From assembly GCF_056746865.1 (NCBI RefSeq), contig NZ_CM163382.1: a DNA stretch of 64,000 nucleotides; one strand, given 5' to 3'. Shown piece after piece: positions 52,740-61,729 of this stretch. Position numbers and translations under genes: made by a program. Under the pieces are notes generated by a model. It saw only the letters and a program-made list of their open reading frames with translations, made no database searches and was not told the origin of the DNA. Positions within the stretch are counted from its first letter, which is position 1. Each line of letters starts with the position of its first letter.

Positions 52740-53039
52740 ATGGCTACTCTAAAAGAACTGATGGCAAAGCAAAGCCCTGAAAGCCAGGTGCGTATTGCGG
52801 CAAAAGTTGAGGAAATGCGCCAGACCATCGCCTTGCATCAGCTGAGAGAAGAACTCAATATTTCGCAAACGGAAATGGCGGCAGCGATGGGCATTAAGCA
52901 ACCGACTCTTGCAAAAATGGAGCAGGCAGATAACGATCCTCGGTTGTCTACGCTAAAACGCTATGTTGCGGCTTTAGGTGGGGAATTGAGTATCGACGTT
53001 AAACTGCCGAATGGTAAGAGAATTGCATTTCAGATTTAA
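52740..53039 (+). CDS. HTH (XRE-family) antitoxin, HigA-like
   Basis: 99-aa ORF 10 bp after the toxin; HTH segment LNISQTEMAAAMGIKQPTLAKME. Confidence 0.7.
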   Translation: MATLKELMAKQSPESQVRIAAKVEEMRQTIALHQLREELNISQTEMAAAMGIKQPTLAKMEQADNDPRLSTLKRYVAALGGELSIDVKLPNGKRIAFQI

Positions 53040-53057
53040 TTTTGGGGTGCATTTTAT

Positions 53058-53092
53058 GAACCGGATTAGATAAAACGGTATCTAATCCGGTA
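53058..53092. terminator. Bidirectional hairpin between the antitoxin gene and the lafZ-like gene
   Basis: accggattagata aaacgg tatctaatccggt, perfect 13-bp stem. Confidence 0.5.
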
Positions 53093-53096
53093 AACA

Positions 53097-53990
53097 TCAG
53101 CATTTCTGCACAGTATTTAACAACTTCTCTAAATTCTGATACATCGCGCTATTAATATCGCTATTCTGCCAGCTATCCACATTAAAAGTTAATTGCCAGC
53201 TACCGTTGCACTGGTTGCGCAGAACAATATCACTCTCCAGTCGGTTACGAACATATTTATAATAGGTTGTCATTGTCATATTATGCGCTGACAATAAATT
53301 ATCGAGTTTGTCTTTTCCTGGTGCGAGGGTTTGTGACAGTAACGGTACGGAATTATTTTCCTTTCCAGAACTAAGATGAAATATTTTTATTCTTGGACTG
53401 TTAATTGACTCTTTTACCAGTTGCGGGGCGTCAGGTGTACTTTTCAAGTGTGAATACCCCACGGTTGAGCCAACCAATATAACAGCTGCGGCCAACGCTA
53501 ACCCCATCAGTCCTTTATGTTTTTTTCTAACAGGCACATACGGTGTTGTCGAAGATATCTCTTCTGGGGCTGTATCCTGTATCTGGTCGGTAATAATCAG
53601 CGCTTCTGCAGGCGATGACTCCGGCAAAGACACATACTCTTTATTGCATAAGTAACCTTTCTTCGGAATTGTTTTAATAATGTTCTGTTGTTTGCCATCA
53701 TCGTCGATAGCAACGCGCAACGCATGGATCGCCGTCGGCAGGCTGTTTCCGCCGACAATACGGTTCTTCCATACTTCGGCACATAAATAAGATCGCGATA
53801 AAACCACATCGGCATTTTTTGCTAATGTTTCCAGCAAAATAAAATGGTATTCGCCGAGACGACGTGTTTCACCCGTTTCGCAATGTATTAAGGCATTAAG
53901 CGACGGGTCCATCCGCCAGTTGTTGATAATAATACTCATAGTTGAGTTTACCTTAGCAAGGGATAAATGTTTCCTGATAGTGCTTTGCAT
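53097..53990 (-). CDS. lafZ: ToxR/CadC-like membrane-anchored transcriptional regulator (LafZ-like)
   Basis: 297-aa ORF: N-terminal winged-helix OmpR/PhoB-type DNA-binding region, a single TM segment (GLMGLALAAAVILVGSTVGY) and a C-terminal periplasmic part. AT-rich. Confidence 0.6.
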   Translation of the reverse strand: MQSTIRKHLSLAKVNSTMSIIINNWRMDPSLNALIHCETGETRRLGEYHFILLETLAKNADVVLSRSYLCAEVWKNRIVGGNSLPTAIHALRVAIDDDGKQQNIIKTIPKKGYLCNKEYVSLPESSPAEALIITDQIQDTAPEEISSTTPYVPVRKKHKGLMGLALAAAVILVGSTVGYSHLKSTPDAPQLVKESINSPRIKIFHLSSGKENNSVPLLSQTLAPGKDKLDNLLSAHNMTMTTYYKYVRNRLESDIVLRNQCNGSWQLTFNVDSWQNSDINSAMYQNLEKLLNTVQKC

Positions 53991-54424
53991 AAAGCACAGT
54001 CTTATACGTCCCTGAGAAGATGATTTTTCTGCGTGATAATTAATATTTTATGGTGATAAGATTATTCTTAATCACTATATAGCGTGGAAATGTAACGAAA
54101 TGACAGGACAGGTACAATAGCCAAATGTGTACTATTTGCAACGCAATGTAAATTTTGGCATCAGTACATTGAGAACAAAACGCGATAATTGATGACAATC
54201 TTAACTATATCAAGCGTTTGATAAAGACATATTTTGATACCTGGCCATGTGGCAGATATTGCTAATAATCTTTTTATCTGAATTTAAACTCTGCTTTTTT
54301 TAGCTAAAAGTGGCATCGGATAATACGTGGCGAAAAAATTTTAACGGCGATTTTAAGTTTGCTCCTGAGGTGTCGTTTTTACAGGGTATCGAAACGAAAA
54401 CGATTAATCCCAAGGAGCAGTATC

Positions 54425-55339
54425 ATGTTATCTATTAACACCAATAACGCCTCAATGGCCGCCGTTAATGCAATCAGCAAAAGCAGCTCTTCTCTGTCTA
54501 CATCTATGGAACGCCTGGCGACAGGTAACCGGATTAACTCTTCTGCCGATGACGCCGCAGGCAAACAAATTGCTAACCGTCTGACAGCACAGTCCAGCGG
54601 TATGGGTGTTGCGCTGAGCAACATCAATGATGCCACCGCGATGCTGCAAACCGCTGACAGCATGTTCGACGAAATGTCTGACGTGCTGGGTCGTATGAAA
54701 GACCTGTCAACTCAGGCAGCGAACGGCACCTACAGCGACGACGACCTGCAGGCGATGCAGGACGAATACGACGAACTGGGCCAGCAGATGTCTGACATGC
54801 TGCAAAACACCACTTACGGCGGCACCAACCTGTTCGGTGTTTCCGGTACCAGCAACACCGGTACTGACGGTCTGTTCCAGAGCGCGGTAACTTTCCAGGT
54901 GGGCGCGGAATCTTCCGACACCATGACCGTGAATATTTCAAGCCAGCTGAATACCCTGGTGACGGATCTTTCTGCAATCAGCAACTCCTTTAGTGCGGAT
55001 CAGGCTGACACCACTGGCACCGCAGGCGTTTCTGGCGGTACTGAGCTGACTGCGTCTGGCTCGGCTAACCAGATGATCACCAGCATCTCTACCGCGATGG
55101 ATGACGTGTCTCAGATCCAGTCCAAGCTGGGTGCCTCTATCAACCGTCTGAACGACACTGCCAACAACCTGACCAGTATGCAAGACAACACCGAAGTCGC
55201 TATCGGTAACATCATGGATACCGACTACGCGACGGAAGCGTCCAATATGACCAAACAGCAAGTGCTGATGCAGACTGGCATCACCATGCTGAAACAGTCC
55301 AACAGCATGTCCAGCATGGTTTCCAGCCTGCTGCAGTAA
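54425..55339 (+). CDS. lafA: Lateral flagellin
   Basis: Start MLSINTNNASMAAVNAISKS… within ORF 54359..55339; flagellin N- and C-terminal domains (…LMQTGITMLKQSNSMSSMVSSLLQ). Confidence 0.9.
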   Translation: MLSINTNNASMAAVNAISKSSSSLSTSMERLATGNRINSSADDAAGKQIANRLTAQSSGMGVALSNINDATAMLQTADSMFDEMSDVLGRMKDLSTQAANGTYSDDDLQAMQDEYDELGQQMSDMLQNTTYGGTNLFGVSGTSNTGTDGLFQSAVTFQVGAESSDTMTVNISSQLNTLVTDLSAISNSFSADQADTTGTAGVSGGTELTASGSANQMITSISTAMDDVSQIQSKLGASINRLNDTANNLTSMQDNTEVAIGNIMDTDYATEASNMTKQQVLMQTGITMLKQSNSMSSMVSSLLQ

Positions 55340-55382
55340 TGGCGGACTTGCCGATGCGGCGTAAACGCCTTATCCGGCCACG

Positions 55383-55432
55383 AACAACACCGCCTGCGGG
55401 CGGTGTTGTGCTTTCAGCGGCAGGCTTTTTTC
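55383..55432 (+). terminator. Putative terminator after lafA
   Basis: Hairpin aacaacaccgcc tgc gggcggtgttgt, then a second GC stem with a T-run. Confidence 0.45.
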
Positions 55433-55496
55433 CGCCAGAACGGAAACGTCATTTCCGCCTGTTTTTCAATCTATTGATTATTCACATAAAAAATAT

Positions 55497-55512
55497 TGGC
55501 ACGCCTTTTGCC
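55497..55512 (+). promoter_or_regulatory. Sigma-54 (-24/-12) promoter upstream of lafB (fliD)
   Basis: TGGCAC GCCTT TTGCC, exact TGGCAC-N5-TTGC match, about 32 bp upstream of the lafB ATG. Confidence 0.7.
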
Positions 55513-55543
55513 ATTAACCTGACATCGTTACCCGGAGTCATCA

Positions 55544-56860
55544 ATGATTAACCCAAGAACCATTGCGCAAGAAATTGCTTATGCGGATGTCGCCACCCAG
55601 GCGGCAAATTTGCAGGAGAAGCAGACCGAGCTGGACGCTGAAAGCAGCGGCCTGGACTCGCTCAGCTCGGCGTTAAGCGATTTCCAGAGCGCCGTTGACG
55701 CGCTGAACAGCGATACCGACGGCCCGGTGACTTTTGCCGCCACCAGCAATAATGACTCGGCGACCGTTTCCGCTAACTCGCAGGCACAGGCGGGAAGCTA
55801 CTCGTTTTTCGTTGAGCAACTGGCGCAGGGGCAGCAAACCACGTTCAGTATGGGCGACGACGCCTTTTCCGCTACCGGTACTTTTGAACTGACGATGGGC
55901 GACAGCACCATGGATATCGATCTGTCGGCGGCAGATCAGAACGGTGACGGCGACGGTTTTATCGACGCCAGCGAACTGGTGAACGCGATTAACGACTCCG
56001 ATGATAATCCAGGCGTTTCAGCGGCGTTGGTGAAAACCGACGGCACCACCACCATTATGCTCACCTCCGATAGCACCGGGGCGCAGAGCGCGTTTTCGGT
56101 GAGCGTAACGGGGCATGATGCCAGCAACGATAGCACCAGCGCGCCCGTTGCCACGGTTGTTTCCTCAGCCCAGGACGCGATTATTCATCTCGGTAGCGCC
56201 ACGGGCCCGGCGATCACCAACAGCAGCAATACGTTTGATGATGTGATCCCCGGCGTCACCATGACTTTTACCGAAGTCAGCGATTCTGACAGCGACCTCA
56301 CCACTTTTAACATCAGCGAAGATTCCAGCTCCAGCCAGGAGAAAGTACAGACTTTTGTCGATGCCTATAACACCTTGATTGATACGGTTGATTCGCTAAC
56401 CACTCACGGTGATGACAGTACCAGCGCCGGGGTATTTGCAGGCGACGCCGGACTCAGTTCACTGGCGAACCAGCTCGATGACATCGCCCATGCCAGCTAC
56501 AACGGCGTGTCGATTGTTGACTATGGCATCACCCTCGATTCTCACGGCCACTTACAGATTGACTCCGACCAGTTCAACGACGAAATGGCGAAAAATCCTG
56601 ACGGTCTGACCTCTATTTTCGTTGGCGACAACAGCATGGTAGCGCAGATGGACGACCTGATTAACACCTACACGGACTCCAGCAACGGCATCATCACCCT
56701 GCGCCAGCAGAACATTGACGATCAGATGAGCAAAATTCAGGACGAAGGCGATCAGCTTACTGATACCTATAACGCCAACTACGACCGTTATCTGGAGGAG
56801 TACACCAACACGCTGGTCGAGGTGTACACCATGAAAGCCAGCATGGCGGCATTCGCGTAA
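55544..56860 (+). CDS. lafB: Flagellar filament cap protein FliD homolog
   Basis: 438-aa ORF with FliD-like termini. Confidence 0.85.
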   Translation: MINPRTIAQEIAYADVATQAANLQEKQTELDAESSGLDSLSSALSDFQSAVDALNSDTDGPVTFAATSNNDSATVSANSQAQAGSYSFFVEQLAQGQQTTFSMGDDAFSATGTFELTMGDSTMDIDLSAADQNGDGDGFIDASELVNAINDSDDNPGVSAALVKTDGTTTIMLTSDSTGAQSAFSVSVTGHDASNDSTSAPVATVVSSAQDAIIHLGSATGPAITNSSNTFDDVIPGVTMTFTEVSDSDSDLTTFNISEDSSSSQEKVQTFVDAYNTLIDTVDSLTTHGDDSTSAGVFAGDAGLSSLANQLDDIAHASYNGVSIVDYGITLDSHGHLQIDSDQFNDEMAKNPDGLTSIFVGDNSMVAQMDDLINTYTDSSNGIITLRQQNIDDQMSKIQDEGDQLTDTYNANYDRYLEEYTNTLVEVYTMKASMAAFA

Positions 56861-56882
56861 CTCAGAAGGAATATCCCTAAAG

Positions 56883-57275
56883 ATGTACCAAGTACAGGAC
56901 GGCTATTCGCAATATAAAGAGGTCGATCTCGCGGCGCGTACTGCGGCGGCCTCTCCGCTTGAACTGGTGCTGGTGCTGTTCGCCGGGCTTCTCGACGAGC
57001 TGGAACGCGCCAAAAGCCATATTGAAGGGCGGCGTTTCGAGAAGAAAGCCCAGAGCATCAATAAATGCATCGACATTCTCAATGCGCTCACCAGTTCGCT
57101 GGAGTTTGAAACCGGCGGCGAGCTGGTGGTCAACCTTTCGCGACTCTATGACCACTGTGTGTATCGCTTGTATGAGGCCAGCGGCGAACTGTCGGCAGAG
57201 AAAATCGATGAAGTGATGCTGATCTTAAGCAACCTGCGCGAAGGCTGGGAAGGGCTTTCGGGCAAGCTGGGTTAA
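56883..57275 (+). CDS. lafC: Flagellin chaperone FliS homolog
   Basis: 130-aa ORF MYQVQDGYSQYKEVDLAARTAAASPLELVLVLF…, FliS-like. Confidence 0.85.
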   Translation: MYQVQDGYSQYKEVDLAARTAAASPLELVLVLFAGLLDELERAKSHIEGRRFEKKAQSINKCIDILNALTSSLEFETGGELVVNLSRLYDHCVYRLYEASGELSAEKIDEVMLILSNLREGWEGLSGKLG

Positions 57276-57279
57276 GACG

Positions 57280-57591
57280 ATGGAAAAACAACGCAGGCAA
57301 CTTTTCGCACTGGTTGAGGCGATGAACGAAGCCCTCGACAAGCAACGCTGGCGACGGCTTCCGGCACTGCATCAGCAGTTGATGCGCCAGTTTCACGATT
57401 ACGTGGCGGCGGAAACCGACGCGGCGCAGTTGTGTGCGGTGAAGGCGCAGCTGTACGGCGCGTTTAATGCCCTGATTAAACGGCGCGAGCAGCGTGCAGA
57501 AGTGTTGAAGGCGCGTATGGAACAGCATCAGCGGCATCAGGAAGGCGTACTGGCCTACTCAATTGTTAATTTACTTTCGGAGAAGTCATGA
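57280..57591 (+). CDS. lafD: FliT-like small helical protein
   Basis: 103-aa helical ORF after fliS. Confidence 0.5.
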   Translation: MEKQRRQLFALVEAMNEALDKQRWRRLPALHQQLMRQFHDYVAAETDAAQLCAVKAQLYGAFNALIKRREQRAEVLKARMEQHQRHQEGVLAYSIVNLLSEKS

Positions 57592-58646
57592 ATCCGGCAT
57601 TGCTTGCCACGCTCGGAACGCTTGCGGAAACGGCGTCGCTGAAAACGGACATCTTACCGCCGGTGAGCGGTGAAAACGCGCCCGCGTTTACCCTGCCGAA
57701 AATGGCGGGCGCGGCGGTGGCAGAGCGCGTTCATAGCGCTAAAACCAGTCAGCAACAGGCGACGCGCCCGCAGGAGAACGATCCGGTGGCGATGCAGGCG
57801 CTAATGGCGCTGTTACTTCCGCAACCTGCCGCGCCGCATCAGGAGACGCCGCAGCCGCGAAACGCCGCAACATCGCCAGTTATTCAGCAATTGACGAAAG
57901 CGGTGGTGCAAAACGCGCCGCAACGCTCGACACAACAGCAGGAACTCACGCCGTTGCCGCCACAGTTGCAGGAACTGATCGGTCAGTTGCCGCAGGCGAA
58001 ACCCGAACAGCAGGCCAGACTGGCGACTTACGCCAGTGAAGATTTACATGCCATTGCGCCGACGCAGCCGCGCGTCTCAACACAGCCAGCTCGCCCGAAA
58101 ACTGAACTAACCCGTGTGACCGCGCGCCCGCAGGTCGAGCGTAAAACGGAAAAAGTGACGGACAGCGAACCGGTTATTGCGCGTGCGGTGTTGCAGGTTA
58201 AGACGCCGGAACTGGTCAGCGATCATCAGGAGATTGTCGCCAAACCAGCCACGCTTTCGATGGACGAACTGGGTGAAAAACTGACGACGCTTTTGAAAGA
58301 TCAGATCCACTTTCAGCTCAACAAACAACAGCAGATCTCCACCATCCGTCTCGATCCACCGTCGCTTGGCAAGCTTGAGATCGCCGTACAACTCGACAAC
58401 GGCAAACTGATGGTGCACATCGGCGCGAATCAAAGCGAAGTTTGCCGCGCGTTACAGCAGTTTAGCGACGATCTCCGCCAGCATCTGACGGCGCAAAATT
58501 TTATGGAGGTGAACGTACAGGTTTCCTCCGAAGGGCAGTCGCAGCAACAACAGTCGGGCCATCAGCAGGAAGAGGTGAGTGCCGCCTTACAGCTTGATGA
58601 TGCGCCTCAATTTCAACAGAACGAATCCGTTTTGATCAAAGTGTAA
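57588..58646 (+). CDS. lafE: Hook-length control protein FliK homolog
   Basis: 352-aa ORF with Pro/Gln-rich middle and FliK-type C-terminal domain (…ISTIRLDPPSLGKLEIAVQLDNGKLMVHIGANQ…). Confidence 0.8.
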   Translation: MNPALLATLGTLAETASLKTDILPPVSGENAPAFTLPKMAGAAVAERVHSAKTSQQQATRPQENDPVAMQALMALLLPQPAAPHQETPQPRNAATSPVIQQLTKAVVQNAPQRSTQQQELTPLPPQLQELIGQLPQAKPEQQARLATYASEDLHAIAPTQPRVSTQPARPKTELTRVTARPQVERKTEKVTDSEPVIARAVLQVKTPELVSDHQEIVAKPATLSMDELGEKLTTLLKDQIHFQLNKQQQISTIRLDPPSLGKLEIAVQLDNGKLMVHIGANQSEVCRALQQFSDDLRQHLTAQNFMEVNVQVSSEGQSQQQQSGHQQEEVSAALQLDDAPQFQQNESVLIKV

Positions 58647-58653
58647 AGGCAAT

Positions 58654-59121
58654 ATGAAGAAAATCGTGGTGGCGGGCGTGGTCAGCGCCGTTCTGGCGTT
58701 GGTGGTGGGGGCCGGAGCTGGATGGGGTGTCTGGCATCATTATGCCGGAAAAGGAAAACCGACGGCCGTTGCACGGGCGGAAACGGTGGAAACCCTGGAT
58801 GAAAGCAAAAGCGTGTTTGTGACGTTGCCGGAAACCATTGTCACGCTGCATGACAACAACGGTGCGGACCATTATTTGTCGGCGGAATTAGTGATGGTGG
58901 TCGCCAGTGATAAAGAAGCGGAAAAAATAAAACATCAGGAGCCGCTGTATCAAAGTATTGCAGTTGAATGCCTGACGGAAATGAAATTTGAAGATTTGCG
59001 CGGCATGAAAATATCCGCCATCCGCAAACTGATTTCTGATGCGTTAAAGAAAGATCTTCAGCGTCGCAAAATGAGCGCACCGTATAAGGATTTGCTGGTG
59101 AAAAAAGTGGTCTTCCAGTAA
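58654..59121 (+). CDS. lafF: Flagellar basal-body protein FliL homolog
   Basis: 155-aa ORF with N-terminal TM and FliL-like body. Confidence 0.8.
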   Translation: MKKIVVAGVVSAVLALVVGAGAGWGVWHHYAGKGKPTAVARAETVETLDESKSVFVTLPETIVTLHDNNGADHYLSAELVMVVASDKEAEKIKHQEPLYQSIAVECLTEMKFEDLRGMKISAIRKLISDALKKDLQRRKMSAPYKDLLVKKVVFQ

Positions 59122-59140
59122 TCACCAGGCGGATATAAAC

Positions 59141-59857
59141 ATGCTACAGGACGTATTCGAGTCAGAAGAATTTGCTGCCGCGCCGGTATTAACCCCGCAG
59201 CAGGAGAGCCACTACTTGCAGGCCTATCTACCGTTGGTGCGTAAAGTGGTGCGGCAACTTGCTCCGCAGTGTAATTGCATTATTGACCGTCAGGATATGG
59301 AACAAACGGCGTTAATGGGGCTGCTTAATGCCATTCGTCGCTATGGGCTGCCGGACGAAGGTTTTGCGGGCTATGCCGTGCACCGGATTCGCGGCGCGAT
59401 CCTGGATGAGCTGCGCGCTCTCGACTGGCGACCGCGCCAGCTGCGACAGAAATATCATCAGATGAAAGATCTGATTCGTGAGACGCGCAAAAAACTGGGG
59501 CACGAACCGGAGTGGTCAGAACTGGCCGTGGAAGGGATTTCGCATGAAGATTATCTCGAATATCAGCAACTGGAAGGGGCGGAAACGCTCGCCAGCCTTG
59601 ACGAACTGCTGAACGGTGAAGGGCCAGGCATTCCACTTGCTGGCAGGGAACTGGAAGATCAGTTTGTTACCCAGCAAATGCTGCAATACGCGCTTTCACA
59701 ATTAAGCGAAAAAGAGCAACTGATCCTCTCCATGTATTACCAGCATGAGATGAATCTCAAAGAGATTGCGCTGGTATTAGGGCTAACCGAAGCCCGAATT
59801 TGTCAACTGAATAAACAGATCGCGCAGAAAATTCGTGATTTTGTCTATCCGAATTAA
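59141..59857 (+). CDS. lafS: Flagellar sigma-28 factor (FliA homolog)
   Basis: 238-aa ORF with sigma-70 family regions 2 and 4 (…RIRGAILDELRALDWRPR… ; …LKEIALVLGLTEARICQLNKQ…). Confidence 0.85.
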   Translation: MLQDVFESEEFAAAPVLTPQQESHYLQAYLPLVRKVVRQLAPQCNCIIDRQDMEQTALMGLLNAIRRYGLPDEGFAGYAVHRIRGAILDELRALDWRPRQLRQKYHQMKDLIRETRKKLGHEPEWSELAVEGISHEDYLEYQQLEGAETLASLDELLNGEGPGIPLAGRELEDQFVTQQMLQYALSQLSEKEQLILSMYYQHEMNLKEIALVLGLTEARICQLNKQIAQKIRDFVYPN

Positions 59858-59869
59858 AGTGAAGAAATC

Positions 59870-60733
59870 ATGCAAAAAATATTAGGTTTACTGGTGGTGC
59901 TCGGCTGCGTATTTGGCGGTTATTTTGAAGCGGGCGGGCAATTAGTGGCTATCTGGCAACCGGCGGAAATGATCATTATTTTGGGGGCGGGTTTCGGGGC
60001 AATGATTATTGGTAATCCGAAACATGTGCTGAAAGAGATTGCTCATCAAATTAAAGGCGTGATCAGTAAAAAACAGCTCGGGCCGGAGTTTCAGCGCCAG
60101 CTATTAATGTGTCTGTATGAGTTGCTCGAAATGGTGCAAAACGGTGGTCTGCGCATGTTGGATCAGCATATTGAGCAGCCGGAAGAGAGCACCATTTTCC
60201 AGAAATACCCGCTGGTGTTAACCCAGAAGCGGCTGGTGACCTTTATTGCCGATAACTTTCGCCTGATGGCGATGGGCAAAATCGACGCCCACGAACTGGA
60301 AGGGATTCTCGATCAGGAGCTGGACACCGCCGAAGAGTCGCTGCTAACGCCGTCACGCTCGCTGCAACGTACCGCCGAGGCGATGCCAGGGTTTGGCATT
60401 TGCGCGGCGGTGCTGGGCATCATCATCACCATGCAGTCGATTGATGGGTCTATCGCCCTGATTGGCCTGAAAGTGGCGGCAGCGCTGGTGGGGACGTTTT
60501 TAGGCGTCTTTATCTGCTACTGCCTGATGGACCCGCTCGCCAACGCCATGGAACAACAGGCGCGGGCGGAACATTCTTTGCTGGAATGCGTGCGCACCGT
60601 GCTGGTGGCGCAGGCAGGCGGCAAACCGACGCTGCTGGCAGTGGACGCCGGGCGTAAGCTGCTGCATCTGGCGTCCAAACCGACCTTCGCCAACCTCGAC
60701 GCGTGGGTGAATGCGATGCTGGAGCAAGAATAA
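59870..60733 (+). CDS. lafT: Flagellar motor stator protein MotA homolog
   Basis: 287-aa four-TM ORF with MotA-like content. Confidence 0.85.
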   Translation: MQKILGLLVVLGCVFGGYFEAGGQLVAIWQPAEMIIILGAGFGAMIIGNPKHVLKEIAHQIKGVISKKQLGPEFQRQLLMCLYELLEMVQNGGLRMLDQHIEQPEESTIFQKYPLVLTQKRLVTFIADNFRLMAMGKIDAHELEGILDQELDTAEESLLTPSRSLQRTAEAMPGFGICAAVLGIIITMQSIDGSIALIGLKVAAALVGTFLGVFICYCLMDPLANAMEQQARAEHSLLECVRTVLVAQAGGKPTLLAVDAGRKLLHLASKPTFANLDAWVNAMLEQE

Positions 60734-60735
60734 GC

Positions 60736-61659
60736 ATGAGAAAGACGGGCAACCGCCGCGAGCGTGGGGCAAAAACCACCATCGTCCGGCGGCAGATCAA
60801 AAAAAATCATGCCGGGCATCACGGCGGGGCGTGGAAGGTGGCGTTCGCCGACTTTACTTTGGCAATGATGGCGCTATTTATGACGCTGTGGATTGTCAAC
60901 AGCGTCAGTAAATCCGAGCGTGAAAGCATTATCGCCGCGCTGCACGGGCAGTCGATTTTTAACGGTGGCGGGCTGTCGCCGTTAAATAAAATCAGACCGT
61001 CTCATCCGCCAAAACCTGCCACCGTGGCGGTGCCGGAAGAGACGGAGAAAAAAGCGCATGACGTCAACGAGAAAACGGCGCTGCTGAAGAAGAAATCCGC
61101 TACTGAGCTTGGCGAGCTGGCAACCAGTATCAACACCATTGCCCGTGATGCGCATATGGAAGCGAATCTGGAGATGGAGATTGTTCCCCAGGGACTGCGC
61201 GTGCTGATTAAAGATGACCAGAACCGCAATATGTTTGAACGCGGCAGCGCGCAGATTATGCCGTTCTTTAAAACTTTGCTGGTGGAGTTAGCACCGGTTT
61301 TTGATTCGCTCGACAATAAGATCATCATCACCGGGCATACCGATGCGATGGCCTACAAAAACAATATCTACAACAACTGGAACCTTTCGGGCGATCGCGC
61401 GCTTTCAGCTCGTCGGGTGCTGGAAGAGGCCGGAATGCCGGAAGATAAAGTGATGCAGGTAAGTGCAATGGCGGACCAGATGCTGCTGGATGCCAAAAAT
61501 CCGCAAAGCGCGGGCAACCGGCGCATTGAGATTATGGTGCTGACCAAAAGTGCGTCCGATACGCTGTATCAATACTTTGGTCAGCATGGGGATAAAGTGG
61601 TGCAACCGCTGGTGCAAAAGCTGGATAAGCAGCAGGTGCTTTCGCAGCGAACGCGTTAA
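60736..61659 (+). CDS. lafU: Flagellar motor stator protein MotB homolog (OmpA-like C-terminus)
   Basis: Start MRKTGNRRER… within ORF 60703..61659; TM/plug region (…FADFTLAMMALFMTLWIV…) and peptidoglycan-binding motif (…ITGHTDA…NW.LS..RA…). Confidence 0.85.
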   Translation: MRKTGNRRERGAKTTIVRRQIKKNHAGHHGGAWKVAFADFTLAMMALFMTLWIVNSVSKSERESIIAALHGQSIFNGGGLSPLNKIRPSHPPKPATVAVPEETEKKAHDVNEKTALLKKKSATELGELATSINTIARDAHMEANLEMEIVPQGLRVLIKDDQNRNMFERGSAQIMPFFKTLLVELAPVFDSLDNKIIITGHTDAMAYKNNIYNNWNLSGDRALSARRVLEEAGMPEDKVMQVSAMADQMLLDAKNPQSAGNRRIEIMVLTKSASDTLYQYFGQHGDKVVQPLVQKLDKQQVLSQRTR

Positions 61660-61697
61660 ATGCTGAATCTTTATGCATTTCTCAAACTCTGAAATCA

Positions 61698-61713
61698 CTG
61701 TATACTTTACCAG
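61698..61713 (+). promoter_or_regulatory. LexA (SOS) box upstream of dinB
   Basis: CTGtatactttacCAG, CTG-N10-CAG with AT-rich centre, about 17 bp upstream of the dinB ATG. Confidence 0.7.
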
Positions 61714-61729
61714 TGTTGAGAGGTGAGCA

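Noticed and set aside
54000-54424. Sigma-28 or sigma-54 promoter for lafA
   Set aside because: Only partial matches (for example TGGCAG-N4-TGCT, CGGATAA) with wrong spacing. I could not support a promoter call from sequence alone.
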